A stretch of 63,988 bases of DNA, the filler included, from Hyphochytrium catenoides (taxonomy: Eukaryota; Protista; Hyphochytriomycota): NCBI GenBank assembly GCA_900088475.1. It is 5 parts of 5 records of this genome, joined end to end, with 100 filler letters (N's around TTAATTAATTAA, not from the genome) between each part and the next. Parts side by side here need not be neighbours in the genome. Positions count along the whole stretch, not along the records: positions 1 to 31,117 come from FLMG01004742.1; 4 more parts are not named here. The stretch is one strand, 5' to 3'. The position numbers and the translations under genes are program-made. Below, piece by piece: positions 1-10,600 of this stretch. Every line of letters starts with the position of its first letter. Position 1 is the stretch's first letter. The notes under the pieces were generated by a model. It did no database searches. It saw only the letters and a program-made list of their open reading frames with translations, and was not told the origin of the DNA.

Positions 1-978
1 AAGGAGACCCAGGCCGCCAAGCTTGATGGGAAGAGAAGCCTGCTCCGATGCAGAATCAGGAAAGGGAACTGAGGAGTCCCAACCCAGAAGACGACCTAAA
101 AACTGTTTAGTCCTCAGGTCAAAATCAGGCAACTGACAGGCAAGGAGAGCCGGGGAACAAGTGCGGAGAACGTGATTGATCTTGACCACACTTAGGCAGC
201 CCTTAAACATGGCGAAACGAACCTGGAGGTCCTCAACCTGATCGAGGAGAGAATCCATAGAAAGGAGGCGAGCAAAGAGAGAAGACAAGAAGGAAGAAAC
301 GAAAGTCGGGGAGCCAATAGGGGCCCCAAGAAGCTCTACCCCAGACGGAGAGACACGTCTAATCGTCGGGGGAAAGTCCTCCAGGGAAGAGGTGCGGGAA
401 GGCCACCACAACTCGCACTTAGACAGGTTCAAAGAGAGGCCAAGCGAAGGGGAGAGATCTTCGATGAGCGTGAGAACCTGGAGAACAGAAGCATGGCGAC
501 CAGTCAGGGTGCCGTCATCAAGGTACCAAGTGTGCAGGAGGAGGTCAGGAACCGCCTCGCGCAACTTAATGACCAAGGGCTGTAAGGCAAGGGAGAACAG
601 AAGTGGACCCAAAGGATCACCCTGCTGGACACCGGAGGAGCTAGAGAGACGGAAGGGGCCATGAAAGAGATGGGACGGTTGGCCATAACAGAACTTCACC
701 CAAGGATAGAGAGAGGGAAAGTGGAGGCGAATTTGATCAAGGAAGACTGATCTACTAACACAATTGAAAGCATTGGAAAAATCCACCTTGAGCATAACCA
801 GATCAGGATCGTCACCATGTTCATCAACCACTCGTCTCACCGCATGAACGATGGCTTCCGACCCGGCCGGCACAGCCACGCCGACCTGAAGAGGAGAGAG
901 GTAATCACTAGCGTCAGACTTCACATTGGCGCAGCAGCACTTGGCGGCCAACCGCCGAAAAGTTTCGCCGACTGCAAA
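1..978 (-). mobile_element. Non-LTR retrotransposon (CRE-clade-like) reverse transcriptase fragment; 5'-truncated or interrupted, continues off the window edge
   Basis: Minus-strand frame reads AVGETFRRLAAK...QVGVAVPAGSEAIVH...KVDFSNAFN...GVQQGDPLGPLLF...WYLDDGTL...LGLSLNLSKCELW...GVELLGAPIG...QASLPIKLGGLGL. These are the RT core motifs plus the CRE-type thumb motif. Not in the ORF track because the frame runs off position 1. Confidence 0.9.
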
Positions 979-1089
979 AGACATCAAAAGTTGTTGAGGG
1001 GGGTGAACTCGACACACGACAGGGGGAGATGTGCAAGTTGTGGAGGGGATGTCTGGAACTAATTTAGTCAAAAAGTGATGAATAGCGAC

Positions 1090-1686
1090 CAAGGTGTTCC
1101 AGTAAGTCAAATTATGGACCCTAACCTGGAGTGGGGAGGGTCATGGGTCATAGGTCTGGAACATTTAATACCCTCACCTGGATGTTTTTCCCTAAGCTAA
1201 TATTAGGCAGCTTCAATCGGCAATAACTCCGGCTTCATGAAGGTAAAGAGAAAGCAGCAAGCAGAATCATGCAGCTTCAGCCTTGGTGGTCACAAATACC
1301 ACTTCTTTTTCAGTTTTTGATAGGTCTATTTGGTAGAGCCATTGTTAATGTTAGGTTATGTTAGGGGCCAGCTAAGCCCTTGTTAACATGTAGCGGATAA
1401 GCCATAGATAATATCAAGGACAGTTAAGCCCTTGTTATAGTGCTAGGGATTATGCCATAGGTAATATCAGGGACAGCTAAGCCCTTGTTAATATTCTACG
1501 GATTAATCCATAGATAACGTTAGGGACAGCTAAGCCCTTGTTAACACCCTACGGGTTAAGCCATAGATAATGTTAGAAGCGTTAAGCCATAGTTAACATA
1601 AGGGACCGACGGTGGGGTGGGTGTGGGGTCAACGCCCGAAGGAAAAAATACTTAGGGCCCATAATCTTTCTTACTGGAACACCTTG
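1090..1686. mobile_element. Non-autonomous hAT-type DNA transposon (MITE), 597 bp
   Basis: Perfect 17-bp TIR caaggtgttccagtaag (1090-1106; reverse complement at 1670-1686), extending imperfectly to ~35 bp. Exact 8-bp TSD atagcgac at 1082-1089 and 1687-1694. The CAAGG end fits the hAT YARNG consensus. No transposase ORF. Confidence 0.88.
1360..1580. repeat. Internal tandem repeat of the MITE, ~52-53 bp unit, ~4 copies
   Basis: cag(c/t)taagcccttgtta recurs at 1369, 1421, 1474 and 1527. Confidence 0.85.
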
Positions 1687-2307
1687 ATAGCGACCCCCCT
1701 AGGGGTCTCCCCAGACTTTCTTTTTTAACTCGCACAATGACCTCCTCGCCAATCACGACGGGCCATTCACTCTTCCCCCTGAACTTTGATTTAGTCAAAA
1801 AGTCAATTTAGTCGGAAAGTCCATTCAATACCACCAAATAATCCTACCTAGTTCTATCTTTTCGTTCTTGTAAATAGCGATAGGAATGTAGCTGGTACTT
1901 CCTACGATACCTTCCCTAATCGAGGTTGGAATTACCCCTCAACCCATAGGGACCGCCTGTACCTTGTGTAAAAGAACCGTAAAAAGGTGTTGTTGTTCAA
2001 CCCAGTTTGGGTTGTGGCTTGGTTCACCACTGCTAGTTCTATTCTATTTTTCGTTATTCGTCAGTCTTACCCTGCTGGCTTTTTTGTACGGATGATGTGG
2101 CCCTTTCTATAGATTACTCCTGCACACTGATTATTAGTAGAATAATAAACCAATGATGTTGACAGCTTCTTAGTTCTCTTTAGTCCACTCCTCTCTGCCC
2201 AGTACTTCCTAGGCACCTCTCCCTGTCGTTCTGGACGGGCATTCTTTGATTCTCTGCGGAGCACTCACCCACTTGGCGCGGAGCGACAAGGAGACCTGGC
2301 TGCAAGT

Positions 2308-3087
2308 ATGGAAGAATTGGTGAGGGGCGATAACAACGGGAAGACATCAAGCAAGTCATGCTCTACTTCTTCTTATCTTCATAGGAGGAAGCAGCTCTTA
2401 CTCCTTATAGGGCTTGCTTTAGCAGTGAGTCACGTTCTTCACGGTAGTAAGGCAGACAGCATCGAGGATATCGTCACCGACGAACGGCCACCATGTCCGG
2501 GTGGTTCTTTCTTGCAGTGCCTCTTCATCGAAAAGGAACAAAGAACTATCAACGGAAAGCCGATGCCGAAGAAATTATCTAGGGAGTGCACTAGCTGTGA
2601 CTTGGCCCCTGGTATCAACTGCTCGGTTAGCAAAATGGGTTTAACTTGCCTTCATGGACTGAGTGATGACCCAGACACGCCTCACGAGAAACTGGAAAAG
2701 GAGTGCCACGAGACTTGCCTTCCTCGCTGCGTAGAGACTAAAGTCTACGAGTGCTTAAATCTTTTTGAGGCAGGGAACTACTACGACAGTACCGTAAAAA
2801 TGGCCGAATGTTGGCGGGACGAGGCTTGTAGGATTGACGGACCTTCAGCACCACTAGCCCCTAACGACACTAACAGAACTCATGGGCCAACCACTTCTGC
2901 AGGTACCATAGCGCCAACCTCTTCTACTGTTAATACGGAGGCCACTAAGAGCCCGAGCACCACAGAGGGTAATCCTGCTCCGGACAACATCAACGGCGAT
3001 GGGCAGCAATCTAGTGGTGCCTCTACTAAGGGAGCTTGTTATTTACTGGCAAGTATAGCTATGTTCACGGCAGTCACCTTATGGTGA
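2308..3087 (+). CDS. Orphan secreted Cys-rich protein with Ser/Thr-rich stalk and probable GPI-anchor signal
   Basis: Intronless 259-aa ORF. Hydrophobic signal-like segment (LLLLIGLALAVSHVLHG), a 12-Cys domain, a T/S/P stalk, then ...SSGASTKG followed by the hydrophobic tail ACYLLASIAMFTAVTLW*. Confidence 0.75.
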   Translation: MEELVRGDNNGKTSSKSCSTSSYLHRRKQLLLLIGLALAVSHVLHGSKADSIEDIVTDERPPCPGGSFLQCLFIEKEQRTINGKPMPKKLSRECTSCDLAPGINCSVSKMGLTCLHGLSDDPDTPHEKLEKECHETCLPRCVETKVYECLNLFEAGNYYDSTVKMAECWRDEACRIDGPSAPLAPNDTNRTHGPTTSAGTIAPTSSTVNTEATKSPSTTEGNPAPDNINGDGQQSSGASTKGACYLLASIAMFTAVTLW

Positions 3088-4071
3088 TTATGACGGCGCT
3101 ATTCTTCTTTGGTCATAAGTTAGATGATAAGGCCTTTCTCCGCTGTTGTGTTAACCTATTACCACAATACATAAGTTATACGCGAGAACGACATCAATTG
3201 TGGCAGGGTGGAAGTACAGAAGTGGCTGTATCATTTTCATGTTGACAGTGTCACTACGCCATGCTCAGGGCGTGCTGCCGCAGGCAGGACACGGACGCTT
3301 GGAAGAAGTACAGTGGATTGTCCACACTCTCGGGTTTTATCCTGGTGAAGACGTGGACTACCGTGCTCTTCTTGAACTATTTGCCACGCAGTGGTCGTCA
3401 AGATGTCAGCGCTGCCGACTTCTTTTTTGTTGAGAAGTTCAACGTCAGACACGATTCAATAGTAATCTTGTTTCCAAAGGCACACACGGTAGAGTTAGAA
3501 CTACTGGAGTGGCAATAGCGAAAGATCCAAATCTGAATTAGAGAATCGCGAGCTACATAGTGGATGAAACTTGGAGACAGAGACCGAGATGCAGATAAGA
3601 GGTTACGGTTCTTCATAGACCGCGGGTTGATCATCACAAGAGAACAGGCTATTGATTTCCTCCAGCCTGGGCTCTGTCGAAGAGCTCAAATGGTTACAAA
3701 CAAATTGTTACAAACGAAGTTTCCCCAGCACTTTACATTCGATAAAGCGCTACTGTATGGAGAATCTCCTGGATAGCTGGACGCTATCGGCCGGAGAACT
3801 GCGTCGCTTGACGCAAAGAAGTATCCTTGTCCTCAAAACGTGTTATCAGAGTTACCATCAACCACACTACCATATACAAGCTCTTTTGAAACGAGGCAAT
3901 CAGAAAGTGCTACACAACAAGAAGAATGTTGGCGGACGACGCTGCTGTTATCTGGAAACTGACAGAAATGAGAATGATGAAGATTTCTTGCTCGCTCATT
4001 AGTTCTTCAGCGAGGAAGCCTTAGTCCCTGCAAAATCTTCATTCTCAATTCTTGTTTCAAAACTAGTCTGC

Positions 4072-4128
4072 CTTTCTCTCCTCTCTTTTCTCTCTCTCTT
4101 TCTCCCGCCCTCTCTCTCTCTTTCTCTC

Positions 4129-4195
<67 letters not shown>
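4072..4195. repeat. (CT)n microsatellite
   Basis: Directly visible dinucleotide tract; the only long one in scaffold 1. Confidence 0.95.
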
Positions 4196-4197
<2 letters not shown>

Positions 4198-4646
4198 TGT
4201 AAGGTGCCACACTGACATCGCAGCAGGACATGAAAATTCCTTGTTATCAAACCTTATTTCGAACATATACCATCTCTATCAATCATCACCATATTAACTA
4301 TGAGGCCTATCCAGAATATCCTCTACACCCAAAAGGTACGAAGCCTTGCTTCTCATTCGCATCCACACTCACCTTGCGTCTCCTACCTCGGCTTCTCTCC
4401 TCCCACTCCCAGCCGTATCGCTTCCACTGTCCCTCTCCCTTCTCTGAAGGAAAGAACCAGACTCCCAACGAGATCTTCCAGAATCTCTGCCACTGCCACA
4501 TTGCCCTGCGCCATGGAACGAGGGGTCAGTATCTGGCTTGAAGCTTCAGCCGGGTAAGATCTGTGGGTTGGCTATACCTCAAGGTGATCCGGGTCAAGCA
4601 TTCTGCGCTCAGGAAGCAGGGTGAAGGAGGGCTGTGAAGCGTCAGG

Positions 4647-7600
4647 ATGGCGACTATTGAAGAATCAGATGATTACTTTGGGGACAACTTTGGACAAAAG
4701 GTTGATTTGACAGTCCGCTTGCGCGAGATTCTAAAGAATTATCCAGGTAAGCCGTGTTTCGCGTGGGCTTTAGGGGCAGTAAGCCATAACGGTGACGCTC
4801 TCCTTGTTGCTGGACCTGGACTGAATACCGCCACTTCCGACAGAGGGTTCCACTGTTTTGAAGGTACGAGGAGTAACAGAGACCGACACCTACATTTAAC
4901 TAGAAGCTGTTTTGACGAGGAATTGACCTGGGATTTGCTTCATTCAGGAGCTGGTGCAGAATGCAGATGATGCAGGAGCAAGCAAGATCGTGTTCTGCCT
5001 CGATCGGCGGACTCATCCTTCACAAAAACTTCCATACAGCAAGCTCAAGGACTTTCAGGGTACATAAAGCTTGTAGGGCCATGGTCCCTCTCTATAGTTA
5101 ACTCGCCATGTGACTTCTTGCAGGGCCTTCGCTTCTCGCCTTCAATGATGCAGTCTTCACCGCGGCGGACTTCCAATCCATTCAGGTGAGGCAGGGCAAG
5201 AGAGAAAGCGCAGGAGCTTTTTTGCAGCAGCACCAATAGCCCTTTCCACTTACGTATCTGTGGCAGAGGATCGGTGGTTCCTTAAAAGCAGAGGCTTCGG
5301 AGGGTGTCAAGACCGGAAAATTTGGAATAGGGTTCAACTCTGGTAGGACCAAAACGATCCATTCAGAGCTAATAGCAGCACCTCACACCAGACACCCCTC
5401 TGACACATCTATGACTAGTATACCATCTTACCGACCTGCCCACGTTCGTCAGTGGAGAACGGATGGTTCTCTTTGACCCCCAAGCAGCTTACCTTCCGGG
5501 CGTCGATCCCACCAATCCTGGGAAGATGATCAACTTTTTGCAGCACAAAGAAATCCTTGACAAATATCCTGATCATTTCAAGCCATACATTGGGTTCGGA
5601 TTGAAGTTTGATGAGGAATATAAGGTAGGAAGGCTGCAAGGAGTGTTATCATACAAGAGCAATGGCCTCTAACCAACTAATTTCAGGGGACTCTATTTCG
5701 CTTTCCCTTGCGTACACCTTCACAAGCAGAGATTAGCAGCATCTCAAAGAAGAGCCACTCTGTGGAAGCTGTGGCTGAGCTCCTGACTGCATTTGTACAG
5801 GAGGCCGCTCTTTGTCTAATTTTTATAAGAAATATAGGAAGCATAACGGTCTCTGAATGGCGTGAAGGGGTACGTTCCCAAGAAAGTTCCATTTTAGATA
5901 TCCATCCTCTCACTGACACTGCCCTCAGGAAGTAGAGCCAACTGAACTCTACACGGCTTCGATTCAAACACCTTCAGCAGAGGTTCGTGAAAAGAGACGA
6001 TTTTTGGCTGGTCTAGATCAGGCTGCCATAGACCACGGACCGACGGAGGGAGTGGGTAAGAAATGGTTGTTTACTGTTCTTTACTGCGTGAATAACATTG
6101 CCACAACTATGCAGAATGTGACTATGAGTTGAGGCTTGCTCTCAGTGGGCCAGCAGTCGATGCTGAAACCCAGCGATGGCTAGTGTGTAATCATCTAAAG
6201 CCTGGCCTGGCGCTCAGGAGGTTTGGCTCTCTGGACTCCAGCGGTCTGAGACTGGTCGGGTGGGGAGGGGTAGCAGCTCGACTCGATGCAGCCTTGAAGC
6301 CCGAGGGAACTGCTGCTTTCTGCTCCTTACCTCTTCCCCTGCGCACCTCACTACCAGTCCAGGTAGACATTCAGCCCTCTTTCCTTGGACCGATATCGCT
6401 TTTCTTTACAATAGCACTGTAGGTCAACGCTTTCTTCGAGATCTCATCCAATAGAAGAGACATATGGTATGGCGGAGACATGGTTGGCATTGGACGCCTC
6501 AGGTCTGAATGGAACCAGGCGCTTCTTCAGGAACCTGTCGCCGAGTCGTACGTGCGCCTATTAGAAAAAGGCAAGATTCACCGTCTCCTTATTCATGAGG
6601 AAGGCCGATTAGCGATTGACAGGTTTCCTCAGCCTCTAGGTTGATGGGTCAGCCTTGGTCAAAAAGCTATGACCTGTGGCCATCAAAGCAGCAAGGGATA
6701 TGGTCTTTCTTGGTTTCAAGCGTCTACAAGCTTATTGAATCCAGGAAAGTCCTATGTCTCAACCCCGAAGAGTCTGAGCCGGTCTGGGAGGTTCCTGCAA
6801 GATGCATTTTTGTGTCAATGGATATTCCCTCATACGGTCAGTTAGCTGAGATCCTTCGCGGGCAGAAAATAAAAGCTGTCAAGGTGTGTCTCTCGATCTT
6901 GCAGATTCGGAGTCTAGGTCATCCTTAACCTTGTGGTATCCTCATTCAGATGAGCTCATCCGTGTTAGAAGTGATGCTCAAAGAGTGTCCTAAGCTTTAC
7001 TCGCTCAATCCGGCACTAGCAAGATCGCTATTTCGGAGTCTAAAGGCGGATCCGCGGTTCGTCGAGAAGCATCAGCTCTCGCTCATCCTCCAATATTGTC
7101 TATCGGACGTGCCTGATGGTAATTACAAGGATATTGATGGGCTGCCATTGGTACCCTTGGCCACTGGCAAGTGTGGCCGCTTCGTCATGAAAAGAAGAAA
7201 TGCAGAGCCCATGGCGTCAGGAAAAGGCATGTAGAAGTAAAGGTGGCTTTTTGTGGACCTGATCTAATGCTCAGAACTATACAGGTGAAGGCACACTCTG
7301 CGAAGTGTATAGTCTTCCGACAAAAGAGCTATTTTTAATGTTTCCGCGAGAGGTTATGCGCTCAGTGATTGACATCGAAGTCTTAGAAGAGCCTGAAGTT
7401 TTTGCGCCAACCCTTGAGATTCTCCAACGATCTACATTCCAATCCAACTTCAACGTCACAGGCCCAACGATCAGGTAGGTGAGGGTTGTGGTGTCTGTTG
7501 ACAGAAGAGACCCCGTTATGACGATGGCCCTTCTGCACGTACGAACCATTTCGCTATGCAGACTTGTCAAAGACCTAGTCCTAGCCACTATGGGTTCACA

Positions 7601-10600
7601 TTGGCCTGAACTTGACGTCATTCCACAAGCAGACATAGGTTCCCTGAGCGCCTGCGGGACGATAAACGCAGCTTGGTTTTTCAGTTTTTGGGCCTACCTG
7701 GGTAAAAGGTGCGACGGCAGCGATTGTTCTTTTTAGTAAATGGCTAACAGCTGAGTTGATCTGCCGCCAGCAATCTGGAAGACTTTTCTAGCCTTTTCAG
7801 CATCGGGCCCTTGTTGCCAACCATGCATGATACCATCATCGCTTGCCATCCAATAGCACCAATAGGAGAATGCGTCACAGCAGGAGGATGTCGGCGATAT
7901 AGCACGGCGGTACTCGCTAGTGGCGAGCATATAAGCCTGATGCCCATGCTGTCAGAGTTAGGCTTGTCTTTCGTAGACTCTTCTGTCTTCAAATCCTTTG
8001 CCGCCCTGGAGACGAGTCATATTTTTGTCAACGATTTCAACGCATCGGGGGTGCTCTCATGTAAGAGATGATGGATCTTCGGGATTACATTATAAGCTAA
8101 GCCTGTACTGTACAATTTAGGCCTCATTGCGTCAGCTAGGCGACAGAAGATGGAAGTCGAGAAGTTGATTAGCAAGCTGACTGTCCAAGAGCGGGACCTG
8201 CTCCGGGCATTTATTATTCGGGACTTCATTGAGCGACAGAGCGTGGTAAAGAGGTATTACGGAAGTACCACCAAAAACTATCAGCGCTCAAACTAACAGT
8301 TCGCTGTAGGGAAGAACATAAAGTTCTAAGGACCCTTCCTCTCTTTCCTTTGTACGCAAGCGAGGATTGCACCTCCCATTCCCATCACTCTGAGCCTTTT
8401 GAGTGCTTGGAGGACTCACTCTCTAACAAGGGAAAACCTGCATCCATTGTATTCTCAGTTATCTCGCCAGAAATGGTCTTGACGGACGAAGATATTGATC
8501 CTAAAGCGTTGGATTGCCGCATCTTATATCTATCCGATCATCTCGAACGCCATTTTGTCTCAAAGACGCTTGGCGTGCCATGTATATCCCCTGCAGAAGC
8601 GTACTCCCGCTACTTCTTTCCAAAGATAAAGTCCCTTAGGGAAGATCACAGGGATGAGGTGATACTTCGCCTTCTTCACACAATTTCTATGGATTCGAAC
8701 CTCTTTCGGCATCTGAAAGGTATACAACTGCCTCTATGTATGACTCTGACCGGATGATGTCCTCCTTCTAACCCAAGCTGTGTGGCCTCAGGACAACTGC
8801 AAGAGCTGTACTTTGTACCGAGAAGGGATTGTCCTGAAGATCTAGGAAGGTGCTGTGACTTCTTTGATCCTTCGGTTCCAGAGCTTATGGAGCTTCTTGA
8901 GAAACGCTACTTCCCAACCGTAATGTTTACCACCCCTCCTGTCCTGGAGGTTCTTAGACTTTTAGGAATGAAGTCTGCTTTTGGTCCAGAGGATGTTCTG
9001 AGAGTAGCTAGGGACATAGAAGCGAAAGCAAGAGATCTGGAGGCTAGGTCCACAGGAATAACCCCCGAAGAGTTCCGAGAACTTGCGAGCTCCATCAAAA
9101 ATCAAGCTCAAGGACTTCTCAATTACCTTGATCTAACCTTTGAACAGCTCATTTTGGCCTTCCAGGGGGATAAGAACAGCCAAGCTACGGAAACTTCTCA
9201 AAACAATGGAAGGAAGCTACTGCAGAGCGTAAGACACAAAGCCAAGCTGCTTCAGAATTTTCTCGGAATCGATGCAACCAATGGTGATAGCACGCAAAGC
9301 ACTGAAAAGGGAGAAGGCACTCCCGGGGCAAGATTGAGCTCCTTCGTCCACACCCTGAAGACAGTGTCATGGATTCCCATCCAGACCGAGGAGGTTCACC
9401 CTCTTTTGCCAATGCTTCATGGTGAAAACGCAGATCTGAACGTTCGTTTGCCTATTGTGGCCAATGCTGTGGAAGTTCGGCCTGCGGAGGACCTGTGGCT
9501 ATGTTCAGCTTCGGCATATTTACTCGACGGCGCTGTCTTCTCGGACAAACTACGCATGGTCCTCGGTTGGAGCCACAAAATCAAGCCAAGCATCGTAGCT
9601 TCCCAGATTTGTGCCATTGCCACCAGGGCCTGTCAGCAGTTAGAGTCAGGCAGTAGGGATGAGCTACTCAGACTGATTTCTGCTAGAATGGGATTGCTCT
9701 ATGCCCGGCTATCCGATTGTCTGGAGGATCACCCCGAGCTACAAGTTGTACAGGAGATCCTCTTTGGACGAGTTTGGGTATGGACCGGTTCATCTTTTGT
9801 CTCTGTGTCCGAGGTGGCATTTGAGGGGATGGCAGAAGCTCAACCTTACCTGTACCAAGTGCCCCCTGAGATCGCCAGCTTCAGACCCTTACTTCGAGCC
9901 TTAGGCGTCAGAGAAGCGTTTGGAGTGTCAGACTATGTCAGTGTTTTGGAGAAGATGTTCAAAGCAAGCGAATCTATCCGGAGAGTCCCGCCCAATCCCA
10001 TTGATGCCGCTCTCAGTTCCCGAGATCTTGAGCTTGCTGTACAGCTAGTACAGAAGATTAGTGACCAGGTCGATCTGATCCCCTCGACGCTAACCTTATA
10101 CGTTCCAGACTCCAACGGCGTGATGTGCTCAGCCCAAGAACTCTGCTTCAATGATGCCCCTTGGATACTGGCTTCCGAACAAACTCCTCTCAGGACGCAA
10201 CATAGGCTTGTACACCCTAAGATCTCCGCAAGGTAAAATCTGAGAGAAGCTATGCTCCTACTCAACTGTAACTTTCCACTTTTCTGTGTGCCACAGCGTA
10301 GGCGAGCGACTTGGGATGAAGTCTCTTAGAAGTCGCATGGTACTGACCCACACTACGCCCCTAAGTCAAGGTTCCCAAAGATTCGAAGCTTTTGGCCAAT
10401 CGGAAAAGATCACTCGCAGGCTCAGTCATGTCCTGGAGCTGTATCCGGACGGACCGTCCATCATCCACGAGCTCATTCAAAATGCCGACGACGCTGGTGC
10501 TTCAACAGTGAAGATTGTGCTTAACACCAGAAAGTACGGCACCTCCACTCTTATCAGTAGCGAGATGAAGAAGTTTCAAGGTTGGTGGACTCCATGTTGG

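Noticed and set aside
392-1062. Plus-strand ORFs 392-664 and 817-1062
   Set aside because: Antisense shadows of the RT frame.
1360-1580. CRISPR-like appearance of regularly spaced repeats
   Set aside because: The 'spacers' are homologous to each other, the array is inside a MITE, the context is eukaryotic and no cas genes are present.
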